Source of the DNA: Dictyostelium discoideum
Taxonomy: Eukaryota
Direction of reading: 5' to 3'
DNA: 64,000 bases
NCBI GenBank assembly: GCA_000004695.1
Contig: CM000152.2
Location: forward strand, 2,528,001-2,592,000
In this document: positions 51,422 to 64,000 of the stretch, piece by piece
How positions within the stretch are numbered: position 1 is the first letter of the stretch
Layout of the letters: every line of letters begins with the position of its first letter
The notes under the pieces: model-generated
The model's database searches: none
What the model was told of the DNA's origin: nothing
Seen by the model: only the letters and a program-made list of their open reading frames with translations
Program-made: the position numbers and the translations under genes

Positions 51422-53892
51422 TCTATACAAAAGATGAATCACATGAATCATCATCATCAGAGGTTGTAACTTCACAAATAGCAACCTCAACATCTTCACC
51501 TCAAAAAGAAATAAAAGAACAAAATGATAAAGAGAAAGAAAAAGGCAAAGAGATTGAAAATGAAGATGAAAATGAAAATGAAAATAAAAATGAAAATAAA
51601 AATGAAAATAAAAATGAAAATGAGAAAGAGAAAGAAAAAGAGGAAAAAGAGTTGGGATTAAAAAAAGAAAAAGAGGAAAAAGAAAAACAAGAGAAGGAGG
51701 AGGAAAAACAAGAGACTACTACCACCACCACCACTTCAACCACTATATCATCAGATGATAAAACTGTAAATAACATATCACCAAATAAAAACAACAATAA
51801 TAATAGTAAAAAATTAAAAAGCGAAGATGGATGTGTTATCATTCAGTGTGATGATAACAATAATATTGAAACAACATCATCATCATCATCAACAAACAAT
51901 ATAGAATTACCAAAGATACCACAATTTTATTTCCCAAAAAGTAGAGCAATAAATGATAAATTAGAAACTAGTATATTTACAATTAAAAATAGATTTCAAA
52001 CTTTTAAATCAATTGATATGAATCAACAATCATGTACTAATATCCCCGCAAAATATATCTCCTCATTTGATGAATTTGAAGTTTTAATTAAAGATTTACA
52101 TTCTTTCCCAAGAATTTTAAATAGACTTTTATTCATTTACACTTTAAAACAATTAAAATTAATTGATGCAATTTATATACCTCAAGATGCATTCATAGAG
52201 TAAGTGGTTGTTTAAAAATTCAATTGAAAATATGAGAATAATAAAAAATTGTATCAAAAAAGGTGTTTTGGATTTGTGTGGGAGTGACACTTTTTTTAAT
52301 TTTTTTATTTTTTTTTACTATCCAAAACACCTTTTTTTTTTTTGGGAGTCGCACAAAAATAAAAGTAAAAAAAAAAAAGAAAAGAAGCAACAATACTAGC
52401 GTCGCATAAAAAAAAAGAGGCGACAAATACTAGCGTCGCATAAAATTACTTTTCACCACTTTAATGTTGAAATTATTACACCCGACCACCAAATTTTTTA
52501 TTTTTCACAAATAAAAAATAATTTCTAATACTTTTTTTTTTTTTTTTTTTTTTAATAATTAGGTTTTGGAAAACATATATTTATGGTAAAGATGCAGAAG
52601 ATTTACTATTTAATATTTTAAAGAAATCTGAAGATTCAAACTTTTTATTTTATGAAGATTTTTTCTTATTTTCAAAAAGTAATTATTAAATTTTTTATTA
52701 TTATTATTTTTTATAAACCAATTATTAATACTATTATTATTGTTTTAAAAATTAAAGCATTGATCGATTTTCATCCAGGTTTAGAATTTTTATCAAATAC
52801 ACCAGAGTTTCAAGATAGATATCAAGAAACAATTATTATTAGAATATTTTATGGAACTTGTAGAAATAGAGGTAGAATTACCGCAAAGGATCTAAAAACA
52901 AATAACTTTATTAGATCATTAAGTTTATTAGATGCTGAACCTGATATAAATAAGGTAAATTTTTCTTTTCAAATTTTAATTTAGAAATTAATATCATATT
53001 AATTATATATTTTTTTTTTTTTTTTTTTTTAAAAATTAATTTTAGCATTTAGAATATTTTTCATATGAACATTTTTATGTTATTTATTGTAAATTTTGGG
53101 AATTGGATATGGATCATGATCTCTTCATTGATAGTAATGATTTAGCAAAATATGGAAGTTGTAGTTTAACTCCATTAATCATTGAAAGAATTATTGCAAA
53201 TTCAATATTTACCAAACCTTTATTTGGTATTAGAAATAAAATTTCTTATCAAGATTTTGTTTGTAAGTTATTTATTTAATTATTATTATTATCATTATTA
53301 TTTTAAATTAATTAATTTTATTTTATTTTATTTTTTATTTTTATTTATTTTTTTTTACTATTTAGGGTTTATATTATCAGAAGAAGATAAAACAAGTGAA
53401 ACTAGTATTGAATTTTGGTTTAGTTGTTGTGATTTAGATTGTGATGGATTTTTAAGTTTATATGAAATGGATACATTTTATAAGGAACAAAAGCAGAGAT
53501 TAGATTATTTGAATTTAGATCCCCCAGTATTTAAGGATCTTTTATGTCAAATCTTGGATATGATTAAACCAGAGGCAATTGAAAAGATTACATTGTTGGA
53601 TTTAAAGAGTTCAAAAATGGCTGGTTATTTATTCAATGTATTATTTAATATCAATAAATTCTTACAACAAGAATCAAAAGAATCAATCACTTGTAATCAA
53701 CCAATGAGCGATTGGAATAGATTTGCTTTACAAGAATATGAAAGAGCTTTGGCCGAAGAATCACTCTCTTATCAAGACGATGAAGACGATCAAAATGATG
53801 ACCAAGATGATGACGACCAAGATGATGACGATCAAGATGGTCATCACCATAATCAATATCATCATCAAGATAATAGAATGTTAATAGGTTAA
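50911..53892 (+). CDS. PP2A regulatory subunit B'' (PR72/PR130-like, EF-hand), about 781 aa, 5 exons: join(50911..52199,52563..52678,52758..52954,53046..53262,53366..53892)
   Basis: The downstream exons are collinear with PR72: FLSNTPEFQDRYQETIIIRIFYGTCRNRGRITAKDL~[70 protein letters not shown]~[84 protein letters not shown] (EF-hand); KITLLDLKSSKMAGYLFNVLFNINKFL...MSDWNRFALQEYERALAEE. Donors are GTAAGT, GTAATT, GTAAAT and GTAAGT; phases 2, 1, 0 and 1 all close. Total 2346 nt. Exon 1 is a long poly-N/acidic N-terminal extension. Confidence 0.85.
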
Positions 53893-54185
53893 AAAAAAAA
53901 TAATAAAAAAAAATAATAAAAAAAAAAAAAAATATATAAAGTATATTTATATAAACATATACATTAAATATATACATATAATTATCAACTTTTTTTTTTT
54001 TTAAAAAAAAAAATAAATAAATAAATAACAAAAACTATTTAAAATTTTATTTAATTTAAACTTTAAAAAAAAATAAAAAAAATTAATTATTAAGAAATAA
54101 AAAAAAATAAAAAAATATTTATTTATAAAATTATTTAATTTTACAACATTTTATTTTATTTTATTTTATTTTAGTTTTAATATTT

Positions 54186-54632
54186 TTATATTATTAAAAT
54201 TAAAGTTATTACAAACAATAATAATATTAATGATGATGGTAATAGTTTAAAAGATGAAGAATCAACGAATGATTGATAACACATTGCATTGAATACACCA
54301 TAGTCTGTTATATTGGTATCTATTACATTATTACAATTAAATATTAATTGAGTGAATTGAGTTGAACAATCATTACTGTGGTCATAAAGATTTAAATTAA
54401 ATTGTCCAGTTAAATTTGATCTTTTTTCAATTTTAAAACTTCCAGTTTCACAAATTCCACTTGAGGTTGAACAAGAATCTAATGATACATCATAAACTTT
54501 GGATAAGCATTTCTTAATATTAATATCAAATGTTGTAAATTCTAGTGTTTCAATTGATTGTACAAATTGATTTTCTTGGAATATTATAAAAATAAAAAAT
54601 AATATTATAACTATTAAATTTTTAAAATACAT
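54186..54632 (-). CDS. Small secreted Cys-containing protein with C-terminal hydrophobic tail (GPI-anchor candidate; ponticulin-like guess), 148 aa
   Basis: N-terminal signal (MYFKNLIVIILFFIFIIF), about 8 Cys, several N-x-S/T sites, C-terminal LLPSSLILLLFVITLILII. Family assignment is speculative. Confidence 0.4.
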   Translation of the reverse strand: MYFKNLIVIILFFIFIIFQENQFVQSIETLEFTTFDINIKKCLSKVYDVSLDSCSTSSGICETGSFKIEKRSNLTGQFNLNLYDHSNDCSTQFTQLIFNCNNVIDTNITDYGVFNAMCYQSFVDSSSFKLLPSSLILLLFVITLILII

Positions 54633-55922
54633 TTTTTTTTTTATTTTTATTTTATTTTTTTATTTATTTATATATTTTTTTATCTATTATTTATCTATAA
54701 AATTAAAAAATTAGTTTTTATTCTCTACTTCAACAACAATAAACTATTATTTAATCTTTGAATTTAAATTTGCAGATTAAATAAAAAAAAAAAAAAAAAA
54801 AAAAAAAATAATAAAAAATAAAATAAAATAAAATAAAATAATGAAATAAAATGGGGAAAAAAAAAAATGATCTATTATTAGCTTAAAACCAACACTCCAT
54901 CAAAAATTTCATCTTGTATTTTATTAAAAAAAAAAAAAAATCATAATTTTTTTTTTAGTTTTCAAATAATGATTTTTAGGAATTAAAAAAAAAAAAAAAA
55001 AAGAGGTACCTACAATATTAACACTTGAATGTGGGTTCTTATTTGTTTATTGTATCTGGGTCGCACAAAATAAAGAAGTGTGTTTTTAGATATTAAGTTT
55101 AGAACAATAGGTGGGTAGTTGAACTCTTTGTCTCTTTACTATTATTATTTTTGAAAAAAAAAAAAAAAACAAAAAAAAAAAAAAAGATAAAAATAAAAAA
55201 TTATTTTTGGTTTTATCAGTTCTGTTTTTGAGTGTTATTAAAAAAAAATAAAAAAAAAATAAAAAAATAAAAAAAATAATTATTAAAAATAATTAAAATT
55301 AATATGTTGTAAAATGTGTGGGTATACCAATATAATTATTTGGCTCACATTGAAAAAATTAACAATCAAATATTTCATTTAAATCTCAAGATTAGATTTT
55401 GTGGGGGTATATTTTTTTAAATTTCGAACAAAAAAAAAAAAAAAAATAAAAAAAAAATAATAAAAAAAACAATAAAAACCTAATCAGATTTTAGTTTGTG
55501 TAAATATACACAAAATAACGATAAATATAACTACCAAACATTTTATTTAAAATAAAATTAATTTTTTTTTTTTTAATAATTATAATTATTATTTTATTAA
55601 AAAAAAATTATTTAAATATTATATTTCTTATTTCACGTTTTTATTAATATTTAATTTTCAACATAATTAAATATTTTACTTCAAATTGATTTTTTTTTTA
55701 TTTTATATTTTTAAAATATTATCAATTTTATATTTTTTAAAATAATTTTTTTTTTTTCAAATTGATTTATACATACTACTATTCAACTAACAAATTCCTA
55801 AAAACAAAATAATAATTTTTTATTACCTCTATTCTAAAAAAATAAAAAAATTAAAATATCTAAAAATTTTAAATATAAATTTTTTTTATTTTTAATTTAT
55901 TTTGGATAATAAAATTTTAATT

Positions 55923-56699
55923 TTAACAATAATTTACTTGATTGTTAGCATTACCAGCTTGATTACAAGATAATGTAACATTTGAAAGTTTACAATTGGT
56001 ACGATTGATACAGTTATCGAGATATGCTGTATTATTATTACAGATATATGAAGTTGAATAATCACCATTTACTACCTTCAAACCATTTGAAATTGTAGTA
56101 GTAAACATAAGATCACTATTATCACAAACGTTAAAATTTGGTTCGGCATATTGTGAGAATAAAAGTGAATTTGGAGGATATACTGGTTCATCAGTGAGAG
56201 AAACTAAAGAATATTGGAAAGTGACACTAACCACTGTACCATTGAATGGTAATGGTAAGAAAGAACTAAAGGTGCATGAGTTATTTAACATCGAATATTG
56301 TTGTAATGCACTTTGACAAGCCATATCAGTGTAGTTGTAAGTCTTTAAATAAAGATATGTTTCATTTACAGAAAATGATTCCCAAGTTGCAGTGTAAGAC
56401 ATTGGTGTAGCAGATGGACCATTTCCTAAATTATATATACATGGTTGAGATGTTGAAATTGAATATCCAATACTAAATTATTAATTAAAATTTTAATAAA
56501 TAAAAATTTTTTTTTTTTGATTTGTTAATATTATAAATAACAATTCGGTGAATGTACGTTTTTTTTTTTAAAAAACTTACCCAAATGAAGGTGTTAAACA
56601 TTCATAGTCTTGGTATGGAATAAAATTAATAAATTTTTGAGATTTGACAAAACAACAAAGTATTGAGAGAATGATTAAAAGCGAAGTAAATATTTTCAT
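55923..56699 (-). CDS. Small secreted Cys-rich, N-glycosylation-rich protein, about 222 aa, 2 exons: join(56699..56581,56472..55923)
   Basis: Exon 1 (MKIFTSLLIILSILCCFVKSQ...TPSFG-GG|GTAAGT, phase 2) is a signal peptide. Acceptor AATTTAG|T joins in frame to ORF 55923..56402 (GIGYSISTSQPCIYNLGNGPSATPMSYTATWESF...). It has 12+ Cys and many NxS/T sites. No family recognised. Confidence 0.5.
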
Positions 56700-56746
56700 T
56701 TTATTTAAAAATAAATAAAATTCATTCCAATTTTTAATTTAAATAG

Positions 56747-56777
<31 letters not shown>

Positions 56778-57070
56778 AAATAAAAAATAAAAAAGAAAAA
56801 AAGAAATATCCTAAAAAGAAAAATCCTAAAAAGAAATTTAAAAAAAAAAATTCAAAAAAAAAAAAAAAAAAAATATCCTAAAAATCTAAGGCATGATGAC
56901 GTGCTTTGAAATCACCTATTAATTTGGGGTGATAATAAAAGTAATCAAAATAAAATGTGATAAACAATTTTCCAAATTTTCCTCAATGAAATAACTTTAT
57001 TATTAAAAAAAAAAAAAAAAAAAAAAAAAGATTTTATTTTATTTTATTTTTTCCAATCACATAAATTTCT

Positions 57071-58279
<1,209 letters not shown>

Positions 58280-58559
58280 TTTTAATAAATAAAATAAAAA
58301 AAATAAAAAAGATAAAAAAAAAAAAAAAAAAAAAAAAAAATGAAAAAATTAATATAAAATTAGAATTCTAAAAATAAAAAAAAAAAGGATCAAAAAAAAA
58401 AAAAGTTGTGTGTTGATTTTTTTTTTTTATTTTTATTTATTTATTTTTTTTTTTATTTTTATTTATTTATTTATTTTTTTTTTTTTTTTTTTTTTTTAAT
58501 TTTTTTTTTTATACTACTACTACTAGTTAATTAATTTGAAAATATATTTAAATGAATTT

Positions 58560-59032
58560 TTAAAAGATTGAAATTGATTTATTCTTTTTACCAATTCTCT
58601 TACGAGCAACATTTGGATTCTTATTACCATAACCAATTACAATATCATCAGAAGGACCTTTATGACCAAAACCTAAATCGAGATCATTCATATTGATTTC
58701 TTTTGAAACTTTCTTTTTATATAATTGACCAGTTACTCTTAATTTATGTAAATATTGATCTTCAGTAAGAATGATATCGTTACTCTTTTTACCACCTTTT
58801 GGTTTTGGAATTGAATAAATTGTACCTCTCAAATTGAATTGTTTAGCTGAACCAACACTAACTCTTTGATTACCATTTCTATCAACATATGTTGTTGCTT
58901 TATATAATGATTTATTACCACAATGTCCACAAAATATTTTATCCATATCAGTTGTAATACTTTTTTTTTAATTTATAAATAAATAAATAAAATAAAAGTA
59001 ATTAGTATATACATATATTTAAATAATTATTT

Positions 59033-59063
<31 letters not shown>

Positions 59064-60427
59064 CTATGGTATACATACTTTAAACATGCAACACATTTTA
59101 AAACGAATTGTTTAACTTGTTTAATAACGACACCATCAGCACTAATTAAATGAAGACCCATTTGAAGGATAACATTTTGCATAGAGAAATCTCTAGTGAT
59201 ACAACCAACATCATAATGTACTTTCTCTTGAACATAAGTTGAAGATAATTTATTTTTAATATTATCAGGTGTAATCCATTCACCTTCGTCCTCTACTTTA
59301 ATAACTCTATTCTTTTTTCTTTCTTCAGCTTCTTCAGCTTGTTTAATCTTTAATTGACGTAAAACTTCTTTTGGATCAACTAAATTTTCTTTTGAAACTT
59401 CTTCTTCAATCTTTTCTAAATTTACCATTAATTTATTATTTCTTTTCTTTTTACCTGTTATATTATTATTATTATTGTCATTATTATTATTAGTGTTATT
59501 ATTATTATTATTTACAGATTCTTTTTCTTCTTCAACTTTTTCAACTTTTTCAACTTTTTCAACTTGTTCAACTTTTTCAACTTTTTCTTCCTCTTTTTCT
59601 TCATGTTTATGATCACAACAACTATCAGTAGTTGTTGACTCTATATTTTTATTATCAGTTGATATTGGTTTTGATTTTTTATTTTTATTTTTATTTTTCT
59701 TTTTCTTTGGTTTATCTGCAGTTGTTGTTGTTGTTGCTGTAGAAGTAGTAGTTGTAGTAGTTGTAGTTGATTCTGTAGTTGTATTTGATTCTGAGGCCGA
59801 TTCTGATTTATTATCTTTTTTATTATTATTGTTGTTATTGTTATTATTATTATTATTTTTCTTATGAACTGGTTTCTTTGTTACAACTTGAAGTTTTTCA
59901 GGTTCAGTTTTAATATGATCAATACCATTAACTTGAGCTTCAAAAGTATAAGTTAAAGCTATTAATTTCATATCGGTAGCAGATAAAGATGGATAATCAC
60001 CAGTTTTCTTTGAAAATTCAGAGACTGCAACCATTGATTCATGGGTTGGTTGTCTAGTTTTAATTTCAAATGGAAAAGATGTTAAGAAAGTACTTGTTTT
60101 TTTATCTTTAACTTCTTCTAATACTTCTGGAATTGTCCATAATTCTTTACCTAATGTCTCTAATCTTGTACCTGAAATTAATGCATTTGTATCAATAATT
60201 AAATAACTTGCTGTAGTTTTTTCATTTGTCATTGCTAATGTTTCCATTGATTTAACTAATTCATCACTTTCAGCAGTAACGCTTCTTTCGCCAAATGGAT
60301 TATCATTTGAATTTTCATTTAATTCATTTAATTCTTTTAATTGTTCTTCTGTTAATTCTTCATATTCAACCTCTTCTTCCTCTTCTTGTTGTTTATCAAC
60401 AATATTATTTTCAATTGGTTCACTCAT
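58560..60427 (-). CDS. nob1: NOB1 (pre-18S rRNA D-site endonuclease; PIN domain + zinc ribbon), about 582 aa, 2 exons: join(60427..59079,58959..58560)
   Basis: Exon 1 has the PIN-like start (YLIIDTNALISG), a long acidic/poly-N linker, then GCITRDFSMQNVILQMGLHLI (~GCLTTDFAMQNVLLQMGLHVL) and ...LKCVACLK-AA|GTATGT (phase 2). Exon 2 (acceptor AAAAAG|T) gives N-ITTDMDKIFCGHCGNKSLYKATTYVDRNGNQ (~SRVFCSHCGNKTLKKVSVTVSDDGTL zinc ribbon) and NLRGTIYSIPKPKGGKKSNDIILTEDQ (~NPRGLRYSLPTPKGGKYAINPHLTEDQ). Confidence 0.85.
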
Positions 60428-60460
60428 ATTGTTTAATTAATCTTTTTTTTGCTGTGATTG

Positions 60461-60500
<40 letters not shown>

Positions 60501-60777
60501 GAATTTTGCCGAACGAAAGAATTGAGAAAAAAAAATAAAAAAAAAAAAAAATAAAATAAAATAAAAATTAAATAAAATTAAAAAAAGAAGAAATATATAA
60601 CTCTAGAGTTTTTAATTAATTTTTTTTTTTTTCAATATAAATATTATTCATATATAATTTTATTTTATTTTATTTTATTTTATATTTTTTAAATTTTATT
60701 TTTTTATTATTTAACAAAAATTGATTTGATTATTATTATTATACTTTTTTATATTTTTTTTTTTTTATTCAATTAAT

Positions 60778-63702
60778 TTATTCTCTTTTTTGTTTTGGAG
60801 TATTATTATTATTATTATTATTATTATGATTTTGTTCTTGTAATTGTTCAACATGTAAAACTATATCTTTAACTTTGCTTATGAAATGAACTAAAATTTG
60901 ACTACTATAATCTATGAAAGGACCAGCCAAACCTAATTTGAATAAAACGAAACCAACACCACCCAATAGGATTGTTAATAACAATAATAATGGTGAAGAG
61001 ATGATTGAGATGAATTCATTGAAACCTAAAACGCATAAGAGAATGATCATATAACCTGGTACACCACCACCAGATGTTAAACGATTTTGTTCAGAGAGGG
61101 CTTGCATATAATCACTCTTTATTGTTAAACGGAAATTTTCACAAGCTAAACAACAATCTTTATATGGAATGATAATTTTTGAACTATTGACCATGGTATT
61201 TTCTTCGTGTTCATCATTATCAAGACGTTTAAAGAAAGAAACATTTGAATCTTCCTCATCCAAACGAAGATAGGAGAAAAGATCGATTAACTTTTCAGCA
61301 TTTTGACGTGCATCTTGGAAAATTGAAGCGATATCATCAGTTTTTGTCCATTTTCTTGGAAGATTACGATTGTCCATATTGAATTTCTCTTCGAAACGTT
61401 TACGCATACGCATTTGTAAGAATTCAGCACGTTCAGTGATTTTATTCTTTAAACCATCAGCTAATTGCTCTCTAAATTTATTGATTAATTCATTGACTTT
61501 TTGTTCGTCCAATTGGAAATCTACTAAACGATCTCTAAATTCCTTTTCATTGGAAGAGAGTGCATCATCATAGTAAGTTTTAATCTTTTGCCACATATTA
61601 TTTGGTGCTTGTTCTGTGATTTTGGTTAATAAAGGTGTTAATTCTTGTTGGAAGGTTTTATCTCTCATTAATTTTGATAAACGTACTAATTGATTCTCTT
61701 TTAATATTGAAAGTTCTTTATCGATCTTTATCTTTAATTGTTCTAAATCATTTTCAAAACTCCAATCACTACCTGGTACAATAGATTGATTTGCAACAAT
61801 TTCAAAATATTCAATTGATTTCTTTTTAATACCATTTGACCATGTTGAAAATTGTGGTATAATACCAACTGATGCTGCTGTTAATAAAACTGAACTACCA
61901 TCACGTTTTTTATTATTATTATTACCACTACCACTACTACTACCTGTATTTGAATCAGTAAATTCTTTAATTAATGAATTATAAAATACTAAAGTATTTT
62001 CATTTAATCTTTCCATTTGTTTATCGAAAAGATATTTCAATTCAGTGAGAATACGGTCAGTTAATACTTGACGTTTCTTTTGAACTGTTTCTAAATGATA
62101 ACGTTGTGCAGGTTCATCATAAACTGATAAAGATTGGTCGAGAATACGTTTTGATTTCTCACCAAATTGTTCTTGAATACGACCACGTTCAATATGTTCT
62201 TTGATTGGTTTAATGTCACGTGTAAATTGAGTCATTGATTGTTCGACAAATTCATCACAACGATAAAGAGCCAACATCTCCTTTTGTGATGGTAAATCTA
62301 AATCACGATTACTCTTGATGGTTTCCCAAACTTGATAACTGAATTGATAGAATCCATCGGCTGGAATATCATCATTTCTATACTTTCTCTTTGGAATAAA
62401 ACTATCGGCACCACTATCACTGAATCTTTGTTTCAATTGTTCAACTTGACCTAAAAATGCTGTTGGTGAATAAATCTTATGTGGTAATGTTGTAAATTCA
62501 AAATCAAAGAAATCACTCTCTCTTGTACCCACAAATTCCTCTGGTTTTTGTAAATCTGTCCATAATTTTGTAATATCTTCCATTAATGTTGCTTTTAATC
62601 TTTCTAATGGTGTAACACCATCATGATCTCTAATTAAGAAAAATATTAAAATTTTATGATTTCTTTTAAAAAAAAAAATAAAAAAAAAAAATATTAATAA
62701 ATTTGAATTACAATTTATATTTATGTATATTAATATATATATTATTTACCTTTTCTTTTGAAATAATTGTAAATTTAATTCAAAAACAGTTTTTAATAAT
62801 GAAATATTTGCAGCATTATAACGACCAATATCATGAGCCCACATATTGATAATAAGTACTGAAGAGAGTGCTAATGAAAAGAGTGAAGTTTTTCTTTCAA
62901 ATGCTTTTTCATCTTCACCTCTTTCACGACCATCAGTACCTTCAACATCTAAAATTAAAAATGTTTCATTCTTATTGTTGGTAGTACTTGCAACACCCAT
63001 CCAAACACCTTGTGTAGTTTGTTTACGACCAGTTGATGCGTCCATAACTGCAAATCTTGTATTGAATAATAAATTCAATAATGTACTCTTACCACTACTT
63101 TGTGGTCCTAAAATTGAAATAACTGAATAATCAAATCCTTTTGTTAAAAAATCATCTCTATTTGATAATGTTGATAAAAATGTTGTTCTACCATTTTTAT
63201 TATCTTCTTTTCTATTTATTTTTTTTTAATTAAAAATTAAAAAAATTTAAAAAAAAAAAAAATTGGCAATGAAAAAAAAAAAAAAAAAAAAAAATTAACA
63301 GATTGGTGTTAGAAAATAATTTAAGCTATCTATTTATCAAGATTTAAATAATAAAAATACTTACACAATGTCACCTTTATGATCGATAAATTGTACAATA
63401 TCTTGATATTCGTGTTCTTGTTCTTGTGTTTGTTGTTTTTGTTGTTGTGGTGTTTCTTGTAGTGTTGGGGTTGGTCTAATTGGTTCGACTGGTTTTGTTT
63501 CCTCTAAAACAACAAATTCATCCTCTTGTTGTTGAGTATCTTGGTCGTCTATTTGTTCTTGTTGTTCTTGTTGTTGTTGTTCTTGTTGTTCTTGTACTTG
63601 TTGTTCTTCATCTTCTTGTTTAATATTTTCATTGCTCAATCTTGGTTGATTGGTTTGTTGTTCTTCTTCAACTGTTTGATTTGTAGTTATTTCTTCGCTC
63701 AT
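60778..63702 (-). CDS. sey1: Sey1/RHD3-family dynamin-like GTPase (ER fusion), about 883 aa, 3 exons: join(63702..63365,63211..62750,62629..60778)
   Basis: Exon 1 is an acidic Q-rich N-terminus ending ...[14 protein letters not shown]|GTAAGT (phase 2). Exon 2 has [15 protein letters not shown]...[44 protein letters not shown]...[64 protein letters not shown] (RHD3 G1-G4 blocks), ending AG|GTAAAT. Exon 3 (acceptor TTAATTAG|A) starts [10 protein letters not shown] (~FVIRDH.G.TPLE), followed by a long helical stalk and a C-terminal TM hairpin ([38 protein letters not shown]). Total 2652 nt. Confidence 0.85.
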
Positions 63703-64000
63703 TTTTTTAAATTAATTGTTTTTTTTTTGGTTTTTTGAAATTTAGTTGGATATTTTTTTTTTTTTTTTGTTTCAAAAAAAAAAAAAATATTATGTTATAA
63801 ATATATTAATTTATGTATTTGTAGTATGATATGGTACAACGCTGTTTTACTATCTTTGTTTTTTTTTTTTTTGAAAATAAAAAATAGAAAATAAAAAACA
63901 AAAAAAATAAAAAAATAAAAAAAATAAAAAAAAAAAAAGAAATTAAAAAAATAAAATAAAAAAAAAGAAATTTTAAAATTGTTAGCAATGTTTTTTTTTT

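Overview
AT-rich (about 75-80% A+T) eukaryotic nuclear DNA that looks like Dictyostelium discoideum: long poly-N/poly-Q coding tracts, pure (AAT)n/(CAA)n microsatellites, short AT-rich GTAAGT/GTATGT...AG introns, and tRNA-targeted non-LTR retroelements. The ORF track reports M-to-stop ORFs, sometimes from TTG starts, so I rebuilt exon structures by hand wherever homology made the splice phase obvious. Gene names are from motif recall only, without database searches.

Recognised genes:
- cytochrome P450
- C2H2 zinc-finger protein
- short-chain dehydrogenase/reductase (SDR)
- cornichon
- Pumilio/PUF protein
- mitochondrial ribosomal protein S10
- PEX7
- zf-HIT protein
- ACTMAP/UPF0692-like protein (low confidence)
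- pepsin-fold protein with degenerate catalytic motifs plus thrombospondin type-1 (TSP1) repeats
- CNNM/ACDP (DUF21 + CBS)
- papain-family cysteine proteinase
- PP2A B'' (PR72-like) regulatory subunit
- NOB1
- Sey1/RHD3 GTPase
- several hypothetical, secreted or membrane proteins

Accessory content:
- One tRNA-Ser(AGA) (11789..11870, minus strand) has three co-oriented, 5'-truncated non-LTR retrotransposon copies starting about 90 bp downstream of it; the arrangement fits TRE3-type elements.
- Next to it lies a head-to-tail triplicated lineage-specific gene family (12030..17740). The third copy is decayed by at least three frameshifts.
- A 100-N assembly gap (23184..23283) sits inside the poly-Q exon of the PUF gene.

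The most unusual protein is 32881..35234: an A1 aspartic-peptidase fold whose two catalytic motifs read DTV and DTS instead of DTG, fused to TSP1 repeats and a hydrophobic C-terminus. There are no prokaryotic-style systems (CRISPR, operons).
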